Counted from the first letter of the stretch, positions 17,585 through 27,810 are shown. The stretch is 64,000 nt of DNA from Ignavibacteriota bacterium (GCA_963769605.1 CAVYML010000009.1:1419041-1483040); one strand, 5' to 3'. The notes: generated from the sequence alone by a model not told the origin. Made by a program: numbers and translations.

Positions 17585-18184
17585 TTATTTTTTGGATGAT
17601 CCGTTTTCCTCCAAAAGAGGCACTACTAATATGGATGCAAATGTTTTAGCAATTAATTTTGAAAATTCAATGACAAGTTTTTTATTATATTGCCTACGTG
17701 CAAAATATAGCGTCTCGCCTATATTATTTGAAAGAATTATTTGGATCACAGCAAAAATGCCTGAATGTCCTGAAGATATCACATCAGCACGAATACCTTT
17801 AATATTTGTTGAATTGATAATCACTTGATTGATACCGCCAAAATATTTCTTATATCCTAGAGTAAGAAAATCATGTTCAACATTGATATTCATCGGATGT
17901 TTAGTTACAGTCCATCTATAAAGGAGAAAAATGATAAGAAATAATAAAATTAAATATAGATAAACAATTTTAGGTGCGGCAACCAATTGTCTAAAAACGA
18001 TAAACGTTATAATAAGCAAAACAAACATTGCTTTTATATCATATCGTCTGTGAAGTCTGAGATAACTATCGCCTTGACTTACTATTTTGTACGGGGCTAT
18101 AGCTTTTTTTAAGTCAATATTGTCAATCATTTTTCCTCCAACTATGAGATTATTATAGCAATAAATCTCTATTTTAATAATCAT
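17585..18184 (-). CDS. Small integral membrane protein, candidate immunity protein for the upstream RHS toxin
   Basis: 199 aa (or about 182 aa from the internal MIDNIDLK start). There are 2-3 hydrophobic TM segments. Its start overlaps the RHS gene stop by about 10 nt. This is the classic position for a polymorphic-toxin immunity gene. Confidence 0.5.
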   Translation of the reverse strand: MIIKIEIYCYNNLIVGGKMIDNIDLKKAIAPYKIVSQGDSYLRLHRRYDIKAMFVLLIITFIVFRQLVAAPKIVYLYLILLFLIIFLLYRWTVTKHPMNINVEHDFLTLGYKKYFGGINQVIINSTNIKGIRADVISSGHSGIFAVIQIILSNNIGETLYFARRQYNKKLVIEFSKLIAKTFASILVVPLLEENGSSKK

Positions 18185-21100
18185 CTAGTTTCCAAATAAC
18201 TTTTGCACCAGCATAGATTGCCATGGTTACATTCATCGTATAAACAAGTTTTTGAAATTTTGGACTTATTACAGAAACATGGGCAAGTGATCCCACTAAT
18301 AAACCAGCACCAATCGCTTCGGAGAGATCACATCCTGCCTCATTAAATCCTAATGTCTTTGCAAGCGCCTGAATGCCGCTGCTCTCTACTTCGTGCGCAT
18401 TCTCCTTTTGTGAATATCTAGCAAAATTATCTGTTCCAGCACCAATCCCAAACATATCTAATCCCGCAGAAATAATATCCGTATAGCTAATAGCTTTTCC
18501 ACCCGAGGCTATTGCTTTATCTAGTATAGCAAGCAAATCTATAACAGCTGCGAAAATAGTAGCTGTGGCTACAGCCTGGCCCTTATTAATACTAAATCCA
18601 AGGTTAATTCCGAAACCAAGATCAGCAACCCCACCATTTATATCAATCATATTCACAGGATTATTACTTGTATAGCAATAGTGATTCGAAGATCCAGATC
18701 CAAATAAAAGCGGATCTTTTCTTGTCCATCTCCCAGTAATTGCATCATAATCTCTTGCTCCAAATCTTACCAATCCCGTTTGCATGTCGTACAATCCTCC
18801 GGCAAATCCCATGGGCACAATTTGTTGACCGATGAAGTTAGTCACATTGCCGAATTCATCATAATCCATCTGTTGAACAACCTGGCCAGTCGATGAATTA
18901 ATTACTTGCCGGACGCTGCCAAGCTGGTCTGTCACAATTCGATATGCAATACCGGCTTTTAAGATGTACTCAGGCGCATTTTGCTTTGTCGCATAAACAA
19001 AATGACTTATGACATTTCCCATACTGTCAACTTCTGCGCTGATTCTTAATTCATCGCTATATAACCATCGTTGAGTAATTTGTCCATTCACCTTCCGTAT
19101 GATACGCCGTCCAGCCCCATCACTGATATACTCAATGCGCGAAGAATTTGGAAGAACCACGGAGAGAAGATTTCCCATCGCATCATAATCGTAACGAGTG
19201 GTATCCGTTCCCGAAATCTTCATCTTTAAATCGCCGTTTTGAGAATAGAAGTATTGAGCATTACCATAATGAAGAAGGCGATCCTGTGCATCATAAAATC
19301 CGCTGTCAACTTGAATGAGAGCAGCATGTGCAATTCGATTTCCATTTGGATCGTAGGAATATGTCGATACTATCGTATCGTTTTTCGATACCTGCAGAAG
19401 CTGTCCCTTTGCATCGTAGAGATAAGTGTATTTTGTTTTTATGCCAGAAACGGAATCGATCTTCTCAGTGATCCTTCCAAGACTGTCCCTTGAGTATCGA
19501 GCCTGATATAGTATGGTTGATCCATAAAGTGTTTGCTGACTTGCAGTTTCTCCGAAAGCATTATAAGTATAATTTGTCACTACACTCCCCAGAGTGTCGC
19601 ATAGTAATAGGTTATTTGCAGGACCCGATTTTAATTTGAGTATTCCTGCAGATATAAGCAAACCATCCTTATCATAAGCAAAATTGATGCTGTCCTTATT
19701 ATTGATGGTCTCTGACAAAATTTCCATATCGTTGTTGTATCTAACCTTTACACTTCCATTGATAGAACCAGTCCAGTGAACATTCTTTGGCAATTGTCCA
19801 TCATACTGATATAATAAAGAGTCTCCATTGGGAGAGATTACTCCAGTGACCAATCCTTTTACTGTGTCATAGAGGAAGGTCATTGTACCTCGATTGTACG
19901 AAATGCATTTCGGCTGTCCAGCTAACGATCCCTTACCGCCATAGAAGAAATCCATATTCAAACTGTCGGGTCTGGCAATTCGCGTGATCTCTTTATCATA
20001 ATTGTAGGATTTTGTCGTTGCTCTCTCGCTGTCACCTGCAAACGGTGGAATATATTTTTGCTCAAGGTCTACAGCCGTGTACTCAAAGTTATGTGACGGT
20101 TTAGAAGGAGGAATAATCGAAAGCATATTTCCATTATGGTCGTACGTGAATGATACTTCCGAAGAATCCGGCAAAATAGTTTCTACCAATCTATCTCCGG
20201 CATCATAAAAGAACTGCGTATTGTGCCCATAAGGATCCGCAACCTTTGCTTGCCTGCCGAGCGAATCGTAGGCATAAGTCGTTATCCTACCGCCCTGTGA
20301 AGTTTGAATCTTCCTTCCTCTTATATCGTACTTATACATTGTTGGTGCAAGTCCCGCTGTGGAATCTTTGATATCTTTTCCTTTTGCATCATAGAACGAA
20401 AAAGTTTTTCTTCCTTCTGCGCTGGTCTTTGTCAGCATCCGTGCATTGCCGTCCCATTGCGTTGTGTATGTCTTTCCATTGACCTGAACATTATCCGTTA
20501 AACCGGTTACACTGTTGCCGGTCATTTGCGTAATGGTGCGGGTCTGGTCCACGGTGGATTGCAGACCGCCCGGAGTATTTACAGTAACATTCTGCAAAGG
20601 TGTCTGCATGCCGAAACGTGGATCAGGCGTTTGCTGATCTGGCGTGTTTGTACCATTTGGAACCGTTGTTGTCGATGTACCGTCGGTACCAATGGTCGTT
20701 ATCGTTTTAAGTCCGTTCGCATCGGTATTGGTCAACACGCGGGAGCCATCGTGCAGCTTATCCACGCGGTATATCGTCTTCTTTCCCATTGCCGTTAATG
20801 AAGTAACCGTATATCCGACGCTGTCATACTGCCGCGATAGATTTGTATAACCACCGGCAGGGTCCATATCTTTTGTCAAATAGCCGAGCGTATCATAAGA
20901 ATAATTGTATGTATTGCCGCGTGCATCGGTTTTACTCGTCATCAATCCACCGGTGGTGTATGTGAATATATTCGATTCATACGCAGGATTTGTTGCCTGC
21001 AATAAATATCCGAGCGTATCAAGCTGCAAATCCGTGCGAACTCCATACGGCGATATAATAGCCGTAGCCATTCCGGCTATGTCCCGATCGATAGTTATAA

Positions 21101-24100
21101 TATTGCTATCGACGTCGACAATCGACGTAAGATGATAGAGAGAATTGTAATTAAATTTATATTTTACAACGCCCGTCAGTGCATCAAGCGTGCGTAAGTG
21201 TCTGCCGCCGTACGAAAAAACGTACTGCTCGCTGCCGTCTTCGGATGCGATGAGGATCTCACTGAGCGAGATGCCGGGAAGAGGCGGAGAAACTTTGAAA
21301 ATATGTGCCCCTTCGCATACATATAAGTTATCGTCAGATCCTGTCGCAATATTCATATAATTTCCAAGTGAGTATGCTCCGGCTGGGCAATTATCCAGCC
21401 AGGAATTACTTCCACCACCCACCACTGTCTTGATGTAACCATCGCTCGATATTCCTCTGACCGCCCCCCATGTAACAAAATACAATGTTCCATCTTTCCC
21501 TAATGCAAGGCTATAAGGGTATCCGACACGCGCATTTACGGCAAGCCCGCCGTCTCCGGAATTATAGTTTTCGCCCGTTCCGGCTATCGTATGTATAATT
21601 CCGTCAGGAGTAATTTTTCTTATATGAGAACCCAAGCCTTCACCGAAATAAATAGTGCCATCATCCGCCACTTTCATGGTTGTAGTTCCGTCATTATGGA
21701 GTCCTCCCGAAACCGGCTGCAACCCTCCATAAAGTGCGGCTTTTGTTGCAGGACCTCCGTCACCACTCGAACCTTGCACGCCATTACCGGCAACTGTTGT
21801 TACAATGCCATCGGGAGAAATTTTTCTGATACGATGGTTGCCTCCTTCAAAGATATAGCAACTTCCATCTTTTCCGAATGCGATAGGAGACGGTTCATAG
21901 AAAAACGCCTGCGTTGCGGGTCCGCCATCTCCGCCAAAAGAATTGGCACGCCAAATTCCGGCATATCGAATTCGTTCTCCATATTGAGTGACCTTCCATA
22001 TTACTCCATTCGACACGTCTGCCACATAGAGATTTCCATCCGGTCCGAAAGCAAGTGAACAACCTAACTGACTAAAGCTACAGCATTTTGCTTGCTTGGT
22101 TGTACTTGAGTCATCCCAAGTATAAACAGCCCAGTTAGCCGGAAGTCCTCCAATTGTACTTATGACACCTGATGAATCTATTTTGCGAATCATATAGTTA
22201 AAATAATGCAATTCATTTGTATTACTAAAGGTGAAATTACTCATTCCAAGATCTGAATTCTGTGTTGCAATTGTCCCTTCCAGGCCTAAAGAAGCGCAGA
22301 CGCTATTGATCGAAACATCTTTCTTCCCCGCAATTGTTGTCGTAACATTATCCATGAGTTGCGCATTACGAATCTGCCCATCGCCTTGATAGAGAGTTCT
22401 GCCGACACAATCGTAACTATGATGGATATTCAAACTCCAGCCGCCTATGCCGAGCGATACGATATCGAATGCGCCGATTTTACCTTCCCAAATTTGTGTT
22501 TTTTGAATCGCTTTTAGTGTCGGGATATATTTCGTCATTTGTGTTCCTGACGGCGTTGCAAAGCAATTGCTGTAATCCGGCGGCAATGCATATTGAGCCG
22601 AATAAGAATAAGTAATCTTTGTCATAATGTTTTGCTGGCCCTGAGTTCTTCGGCCGTACGCGTCCAAACCATCCCAAACAAAATGATAAGTAAGATTTGT
22701 TTGCGGAGAAAAGCTGTAAGTAAACTTTTTCCCGATAATTTCCACATCCAGTGTAATATCAGAAATTCCCTGTGGTAGAGATGCGCCCGTCAGGGGAATA
22801 TCGAGTGCATACGCTTCTTTACGTCCAAAAACCCTGTCGCTCCTATAATTGAGCGTAATACCGGTATTGGTTAGAGGAATCGATTCCGAAAGTGTCTGGT
22901 CCTGTAGTCCGATAACCGATCCTGCAACGACATTGTCTTTTTCAATTTTCGTATAGCGATCCGGCAATGCATTATGCGGTTCTTGCGCGTTCGACGGCCC
23001 GAGCATAGTAAACCCCGCCGCAAACGTTCCCAGATGCGTTATTTCACAGCGCCAGAGCGACTGACCTTTTTTATAGTTCGCAGCAAGATATTGTTGTTCA
23101 GTCGATGAAATTCCTTTCGCGCTAAGCGTATCCGATGATTCCGCAATACCGTCTCCATTATAATCTATCGATGCAATGCTCCCGACTGTATCCATTATTT
23201 TGATTACTTTTCCATTTGTTGATGTCTTCCATACTCCATTCTGCTTATCGTACCAGCCAAAAGGAATTGTCAATCCAACCGGAAAGTTCATTACATTTTC
23301 AAGATAAAAAACTGCCGGCTGACTGAATCGAAGATCTCTTGCCCCGCTGCTCATCATTTCATCGGCACTCAATTCAAAGGCAAAAGTATACGCTACTCCG
23401 GTTGGCAACACCCCCGGAATTGCAAATTCTCCACTTGCATTTGCAGTATATTCGGTCAAACGAAGTGAGACAATATTAACAGGCAGAAGGCTATCGAGCA
23501 AGACAGGAATTAATACCTGAGGGGCTGTTACCGTCTTAAAACAAGTATATGAACAGCTGGACAATATTTTATAGAAATACTTATCAAACACCAAATTCGT
23601 CGATGTACCCGGTCGAATAAACAGAGCAGGTTCCCGTACACCTAAAGAATCAGTTACCTGATCTCCTTGCACTATTTGAGGCATAGATACATCGACATGA
23701 TGCACCACGGTATCCAAAGGCATAAGGATAACATCGTCTGCGTGCCTGTATAATAGTAATCGTGCATCGACTTGCCGTTGTGCCGACAAATATCCTATGC
23801 GTTCATAATTGACAGTGAGGTATGCCCCTCCATTCACGACAAAATCATACATGCCATCGTCTCTGGTGATTGTACTGCCGTATTCATCATGTTTTAATAT
23901 CGTGACACCAACACCTTTAAGGGGTTGATGCTTTTCATTCAATACTCTGCCACGTATGATGGAAACGCGAGCCTTACTAATTGTTCCCGCAGTTACTCCT
24001 TTTTGTATCGGATTCGATCCTGAGTATAAAAATTCGCTCGCATCGCCTATGTTTGTTGCGATAGTTGTATCAAGCTTCGGTGCAATCAATCCGGGATCGG

Positions 24101-26843
24101 GCACCGGCAAAACTCTTGTTACCGATCTATTGAATGTCGATATATTGCCGGCTTGATCGATTGCTGCAATTGAAATCGTATTTTTTCCTTGGATCAAACT
24201 CAGGACGGACTTAAACCCGCCATTTTGATCCGCTCTTTGCAGTATACCATTGATTGTGATCGTTGTACCTGAAGCATCGTTGATGCTGCCAAGGATGGAA
24301 ACGACCGAATCAATAATTGTACCGCCTGCGAGTGGTGCAATAAGGTTAATGATGGGCGGTTTTGTATCGCGGATTATAAATCTCCGTATCGTAATCTTAT
24401 TACCTAAGACATCAGCGGCATCCAGAGTAAATATATTCATGCCTTCATTTAGAGAGAGCGTATCTGTAAACGATCCGTCTGAATGGACAGAAAATGCAAT
24501 ACCATTTATCGTGAATAAGACAGACGTTGAATCTATTACAGAACCGGTTATAATCACTTTTGTGTTATTTGTCATGAGACTATCGGATGGAGTCAGAATG
24601 GTTATATCTGGAGGCTGCGTGTCCAGACGGACATGACGCACGAAAGAGGTAACGTTCCCGGCTCCATCGGTTGAAGATATTTGTATAAGGTTCATTCCTT
24701 CATTTAACGGCAATGTATCATTAAATGAACCATCAGTATGAACATTGATGGCATTATTATTAACCAGCAAAGAGACTTTTGTTGAATCGCTTACGGTTCC
24801 TGTAATTGCAAGAAAATTATTTTTTGTCACTAACGAGTCTGTCGGCGTAATAATTTTCAACACAGGCGACTGCGAATCTTTTCGTACATACAGTGTGTAA
24901 CTTGTTCGATTTCCAGCGGCATCAGTTGCTACAAGTGTTATTGCATTGATCCCTTCAATCAAATTAATTTGCCATGTAAAAGAATTATTCAAAATAGAAA
25001 CACTATCGCCATTTACGGTCAGCAAAACAGTTGTCGAATCCGTTACCATGCCGCCGACAGTTATTGCGGGAAGATTGGTTATGAGACCGTCAACAGGAGA
25101 TTTTAAAACGAGAACCGGAGGCTGGGTATCAAGCCTTATCGTTCGGACAATTGAACTTGTATTTCCGGCTGCATCGACTGCGGCAATTGTGATCGTATTC
25201 AATCCTTCGGACATCGACAGAGTATCGATAAAACTTCCATCGATATTTACAGCATGGACAATCCCATTGATTGTAAGCATCATCGCTGTCGAATCTTTGG
25301 CTGTTCCCGAAACAATGACGGATGGGGAATTGGTAACAGTGAAGCCGGGAGGCTGTGAGACAACCAATGCAGGCGGTGTGCGATCACATACAACCAGCTT
25401 TGTAACCGTCGTCTGATTTCCGGCAGCGTCTGTTGCAACAATTATAATACTTTCTTTTCCTTCGTTTAAAATGACTTCAGAAGAAAATGATCCATTTGTG
25501 ACAGGCACACTTTTCCCATTGACCGTCAATGTTACGGATGTGGAATCGGAGATTGCTCCATTTACCTTGATTGACGAAGCATTTGTAATCATGCTGTCAA
25601 CTGGAGACTGGATATTGCAAACGGGAGGCTGCGTGTCTAAACGCACTGTTCGTACTGCCGAACTGCTATTTCCAGCGGCATCCGTGGCAATGCACGTAAT
25701 CGTATTCAATCCTTCGGTGAGTGTCATGACCGATTGGAACGATCCATCCGATTGAATATCTGCAGGCGAGCCATTGATTGTCAACGTATTATTCCCTGTC
25801 TCGCCGGCAAAAGGAGTTATCACACCCTTAATCGTTAAGGATGTTTGATTTGTAATAAGATTTTCTGCCGGCGCACTGAGCGTAAGAACGAGGGGTTGTG
25901 CATTCATAATCACTTTTCTAATAACGGTCATTGTATTACCGTCATTGTCTCTTGCCTGCACTATAATAGTGTTCAGTCCTTCCTGAAGCGGCACATCGGA
26001 AGAAAATTCTCCGTGATGCACGGGGACTTTTACTTTATTAATCATTACGGTGACTTTTTGGCTGCCCTGCTGTTCCGCAACCGTGCCATAGACATGAACG
26101 GTCGAACTTGCTGTGACGAATCCATCCGCAGGCGCGGTGACAATGAGCAGCGGACGTACGGCTGTTGCTTTACGTTCGCGGATTTCCCACGTCAAAGGCT
26201 TGCCATCGAAAATGACGGAAAAAACATTATGATGTACTCCCGGTCTGAAAACCTCCGGCTGACCGCGGTCAAATGGAGAAGGCTCTAAATGATTGAGCGG
26301 CCCGATTGGAATTGGTACTTCAAAAAGATTCTCGTTTTGATAACCAAAATATGCCGTAAAGCTTCCATCAACGTTGACGGCGATATTATCCACTATTGGA
26401 AAAATTGCATGCAGATGTTTTATGCAATGCAGACGTAAGAACGATCCCCGTTTCCCTTCCAGGAAAATTTCTATTTTACAGTTTCCTTTTAAGCGGATTT
26501 CTTTTTCTATTTTATCGAAGTCTTTTGCAAAATCGGACGCTGAACAGATCACTTCTCCGTTGACCTTGATCGTTGCGCCGGTGATCCGGTTTTGTCTGCT
26601 GTCGGAATCGCCGTTGAAAATTTCCAATGTAAAAGGAATTTCATCTTGTACCGGTAGAAAGATGGTTTCCGTATAGTGATTTGATGTCTCTGCAGGATCA
26701 CTGCCGGGTATACGTTCGTATTTTTTTAGTGCAAGTATTTCCCAATCGTCATCCCCCGCGGGAATCAGCGGCTGCATCGGTTGAGCGAAGGAGAGTGAAA
26801 AAAACACGACCCCTGAGAATATTCCCCACGAAATGTTTTTCAT
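18174..26843 (-). CDS. Secreted teneurin-like RHS/YD-repeat polymorphic toxin: signal peptide, about 9 tandem Ig-like domains, carboxypeptidase-regulatory-like domain, NHL beta-propeller, YD-repeat shell, Rhs core, and a variable hydrophobic Gly/Ala-rich C-terminal toxin domain
   Basis: 2889 aa. The signal peptide is MKNISWGIFSGVVFFSLSFAQP. Tandem ~90-aa repeats of the form LDTQPPV..SPVDS..TN...V.G...DST.V.LTVNG...DGSF...L.L.EG.N.I...A.D.AGN are present. The CarbopepD_reg-like segment is RGRVLNEKHQPLKGVGVTIL...GMYDF. NHL-like blades carry GDGGPAT motifs. There are many YD repeats (YDALGR, YDANGN, YDSLGR). The Rhs core end is ARDYDAITGRWTRKDPL...NHYCYTSNNPVNMIDINGG. After it comes a 151-aa C-terminal domain. 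Confidence 0.88.
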   Translation of the reverse strand: MKNISWGIFSGVVFFSLSFAQPMQPLIPAGDDDWEILALKKYERIPGSDPAETSNHYTETIFLPVQDEIPFTLEIFNGDSDSRQNRITGATIKVNGEVICSASDFAKDFDKIEKEIRLKGNCKIEIFLEGKRGSFLRLHCIKHLHAIFPIVDNIAVNVDGSFTAYFGYQNENLFEVPIPIGPLNHLEPSPFDRGQPEVFRPGVHHNVFSVIFDGKPLTWEIRERKATAVRPLLIVTAPADGFVTASSTVHVYGTVAEQQGSQKVTVMINKVKVPVHHGEFSSDVPLQEGLNTIIVQARDNDGNTMTVIRKVIMNAQPLVLTLSAPAENLITNQTSLTIKGVITPFAGETGNNTLTINGSPADIQSDGSFQSVMTLTEGLNTITCIATDAAGNSSSAVRTVRLDTQPPVCNIQSPVDSMITNASSIKVNGAISDSTSVTLTVNGKSVPVTNGSFSSEVILNEGKESIIIVATDAAGNQTTVTKLVVCDRTPPALVVSQPPGFTVTNSPSVIVSGTAKDSTAMMLTINGIVHAVNIDGSFIDTLSMSEGLNTITIAAVDAAGNTSSIVRTIRLDTQPPVLVLKSPVDGLITNLPAITVGGMVTDSTTVLLTVNGDSVSILNNSFTWQINLIEGINAITLVATDAAGNRTSYTLYVRKDSQSPVLKIITPTDSLVTKNNFLAITGTVSDSTKVSLLVNNNAINVHTDGSFNDTLPLNEGMNLIQISSTDGAGNVTSFVRHVRLDTQPPDITILTPSDSLMTNNTKVIITGSVIDSTSVLFTINGIAFSVHSDGSFTDTLSLNEGMNIFTLDAADVLGNKITIRRFIIRDTKPPIINLIAPLAGGTIIDSVVSILGSINDASGTTITINGILQRADQNGGFKSVLSLIQGKNTISIAAIDQAGNISTFNRSVTRVLPVPDPGLIAPKLDTTIATNIGDASEFLYSGSNPIQKGVTAGTISKARVSIIRGRVLNEKHQPLKGVGVTILKHDEYGSTITRDDGMYDFVVNGGAYLTVNYERIGYLSAQRQVDARLLLYRHADDVILMPLDTVVHHVDVSMPQIVQGDQVTDSLGVREPALFIRPGTSTNLVFDKYFYKILSSCSYTCFKTVTAPQVLIPVLLDSLLPVNIVSLRLTEYTANASGEFAIPGVLPTGVAYTFAFELSADEMMSSGARDLRFSQPAVFYLENVMNFPVGLTIPFGWYDKQNGVWKTSTNGKVIKIMDTVGSIASIDYNGDGIAESSDTLSAKGISSTEQQYLAANYKKGQSLWRCEITHLGTFAAGFTMLGPSNAQEPHNALPDRYTKIEKDNVVAGSVIGLQDQTLSESIPLTNTGITLNYRSDRVFGRKEAYALDIPLTGASLPQGISDITLDVEIIGKKFTYSFSPQTNLTYHFVWDGLDAYGRRTQGQQNIMTKITYSYSAQYALPPDYSNCFATPSGTQMTKYIPTLKAIQKTQIWEGKIGAFDIVSLGIGGWSLNIHHSYDCVGRTLYQGDGQIRNAQLMDNVTTTIAGKKDVSINSVCASLGLEGTIATQNSDLGMSNFTFSNTNELHYFNYMIRKIDSSGVISTIGGLPANWAVYTWDDSSTTKQAKCCSFSQLGCSLAFGPDGNLYVADVSNGVIWKVTQYGERIRYAGIWRANSFGGDGGPATQAFFYEPSPIAFGKDGSCYIFEGGNHRIRKISPDGIVTTVAGNGVQGSSGDGGPATKAALYGGLQPVSGGLHNDGTTTMKVADDGTIYFGEGLGSHIRKITPDGIIHTIAGTGENYNSGDGGLAVNARVGYPYSLALGKDGTLYFVTWGAVRGISSDGYIKTVVGGGSNSWLDNCPAGAYSLGNYMNIATGSDDNLYVCEGAHIFKVSPPLPGISLSEILIASEDGSEQYVFSYGGRHLRTLDALTGVVKYKFNYNSLYHLTSIVDVDSNIITIDRDIAGMATAIISPYGVRTDLQLDTLGYLLQATNPAYESNIFTYTTGGLMTSKTDARGNTYNYSYDTLGYLTKDMDPAGGYTNLSRQYDSVGYTVTSLTAMGKKTIYRVDKLHDGSRVLTNTDANGLKTITTIGTDGTSTTTVPNGTNTPDQQTPDPRFGMQTPLQNVTVNTPGGLQSTVDQTRTITQMTGNSVTGLTDNVQVNGKTYTTQWDGNARMLTKTSAEGRKTFSFYDAKGKDIKDSTAGLAPTMYKYDIRGRKIQTSQGGRITTYAYDSLGRQAKVADPYGHNTQFFYDAGDRLVETILPDSSEVSFTYDHNGNMLSIIPPSKPSHNFEYTAVDLEQKYIPPFAGDSERATTKSYNYDKEITRIARPDSLNMDFFYGGKGSLAGQPKCISYNRGTMTFLYDTVKGLVTGVISPNGDSLLYQYDGQLPKNVHWTGSINGSVKVRYNNDMEILSETINNKDSINFAYDKDGLLISAGILKLKSGPANNLLLCDTLGSVVTNYTYNAFGETASQQTLYGSTILYQARYSRDSLGRITEKIDSVSGIKTKYTYLYDAKGQLLQVSKNDTIVSTYSYDPNGNRIAHAALIQVDSGFYDAQDRLLHYGNAQYFYSQNGDLKMKISGTDTTRYDYDAMGNLLSVVLPNSSRIEYISDGAGRRIIRKVNGQITQRWLYSDELRISAEVDSMGNVISHFVYATKQNAPEYILKAGIAYRIVTDQLGSVRQVINSSTGQVVQQMDYDEFGNVTNFIGQQIVPMGFAGGLYDMQTGLVRFGARDYDAITGRWTRKDPLLFGSGSSNHYCYTSNNPVNMIDINGGVADLGFGINLGFSINKGQAVATATIFAAVIDLLAILDKAIASGGKAISYTDIISAGLDMFGIGAGTDNFARYSQKENAHEVESSGIQALAKTLGFNEAGCDLSEAIGAGLLVGSLAHVSVISPKFQKLVYTMNVTMAIYAGAKVIWKLDDY

Positions 26844-27245
26844 AAATCCCCCTTATAGGTAGTTACGATGGTAGTTATTTCATTAATCCTCTTTTAAATA
26901 CATGTAGTGTCAAGTTTTTCGATCCGGCATAAGAATCCGCCAGCCATCACGTCAGAGCAAAAATAAGTTAGATGAAAAGTCTGCGCTTTTCCCCAAACCT
27001 TGCTTCTCCTGTGCAGACCTGTCGGTATTATATAAAACTCCTGAATAACATGCAAGAAGTTCAAAGATTAATTTTTGTCTTAATGTCCTCGTCGGAAGCT
27101 TATTTGCCCATATTCAATAAGACGTCTTTTGTCCTGATAAAAACATTGTTGAAACTTTCTTGCTGTCCATTTCGTAAGGTTGGCAGGATTCAATTTATTG
27201 ATAAACGGCATGAAAGACGAATGGGATTTAAGAAGGAGGTATCTC

Positions 27246-27794
27246 ATGAAACACAAAATTGTTGCACTTTCGGTCATTCTGCTTACGGCTGCCTTATTCC
27301 ATCAGGCGGCTGCGCAGACAAAATGTATTTGGATGGTTAAGTCAATAAACGGCGAGCAGGTACAAAAGATCGCTGTTTCCGTTCCCCTGGTAAAGTTCTT
27401 TGCCAGTGAAGATGGAAATTTCGATATCAACGGCGAGAAAATATCGTACAAATCGCTTATGGAAACGTACCGGGATGGGTCTATTATAGAGATAAAGGAC
27501 AGTACCGATAATGGCGTGACCAAAGTTTACGGCGGGAAGTTCGATCAGGATATGAAAGAAAGCTCGGACAGGAACGACCGCCTCTTTATGGAAAGCTCCG
27601 ATAAAGGAGGCGAACCGAAGGTTTCTCAAATGCGCGTGAAATCAGTTGAAGCGGTAAGCATCTTGCTTGCGATGATCGGTTCGAAAGACCTCGACAAGGA
27701 TATCGACGGGATCGAATCCGTGCTCGAACAGGGCGGCGTGCTGTATGTCCGCGACAATGAAAAAGATTCCCGGCTTTGGATTTACGTTAATTGA
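27246..27794 (+). CDS. Hypothetical secreted protein
   Basis: A signal peptide (MKHKIVALSVILLTAALFHQAAAQ) is followed by a hydrophilic D/E/K-rich region. No recognisable domain. The start was chosen at the internal Met of ORF 27180..27794. Confidence 0.45.
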   Translation: MKHKIVALSVILLTAALFHQAAAQTKCIWMVKSINGEQVQKIAVSVPLVKFFASEDGNFDINGEKISYKSLMETYRDGSIIEIKDSTDNGVTKVYGGKFDQDMKESSDRNDRLFMESSDKGGEPKVSQMRVKSVEAVSILLAMIGSKDLDKDIDGIESVLEQGGVLYVRDNEKDSRLWIYVN

Positions 27795-27810
27795 CCTCAG
27801 TCCCTCTGTA

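Noticed and set aside
19239-26288. Numerous 60-160-aa + strand ORFs (for example 24946..25416 and 25845..26288) inside the RHS toxin gene
   Set aside because: They are antisense shadow ORFs within an 8.7-kb continuous, domain-rich minus-strand gene.
26972-27340. 122-aa + ORF upstream of the 27246 secreted-protein gene
   Set aside because: It overlaps the probable promoter/leader of the divergent RHS gene and the start of the 27246 gene. It is Cys-rich with no features and is probably not expressed.
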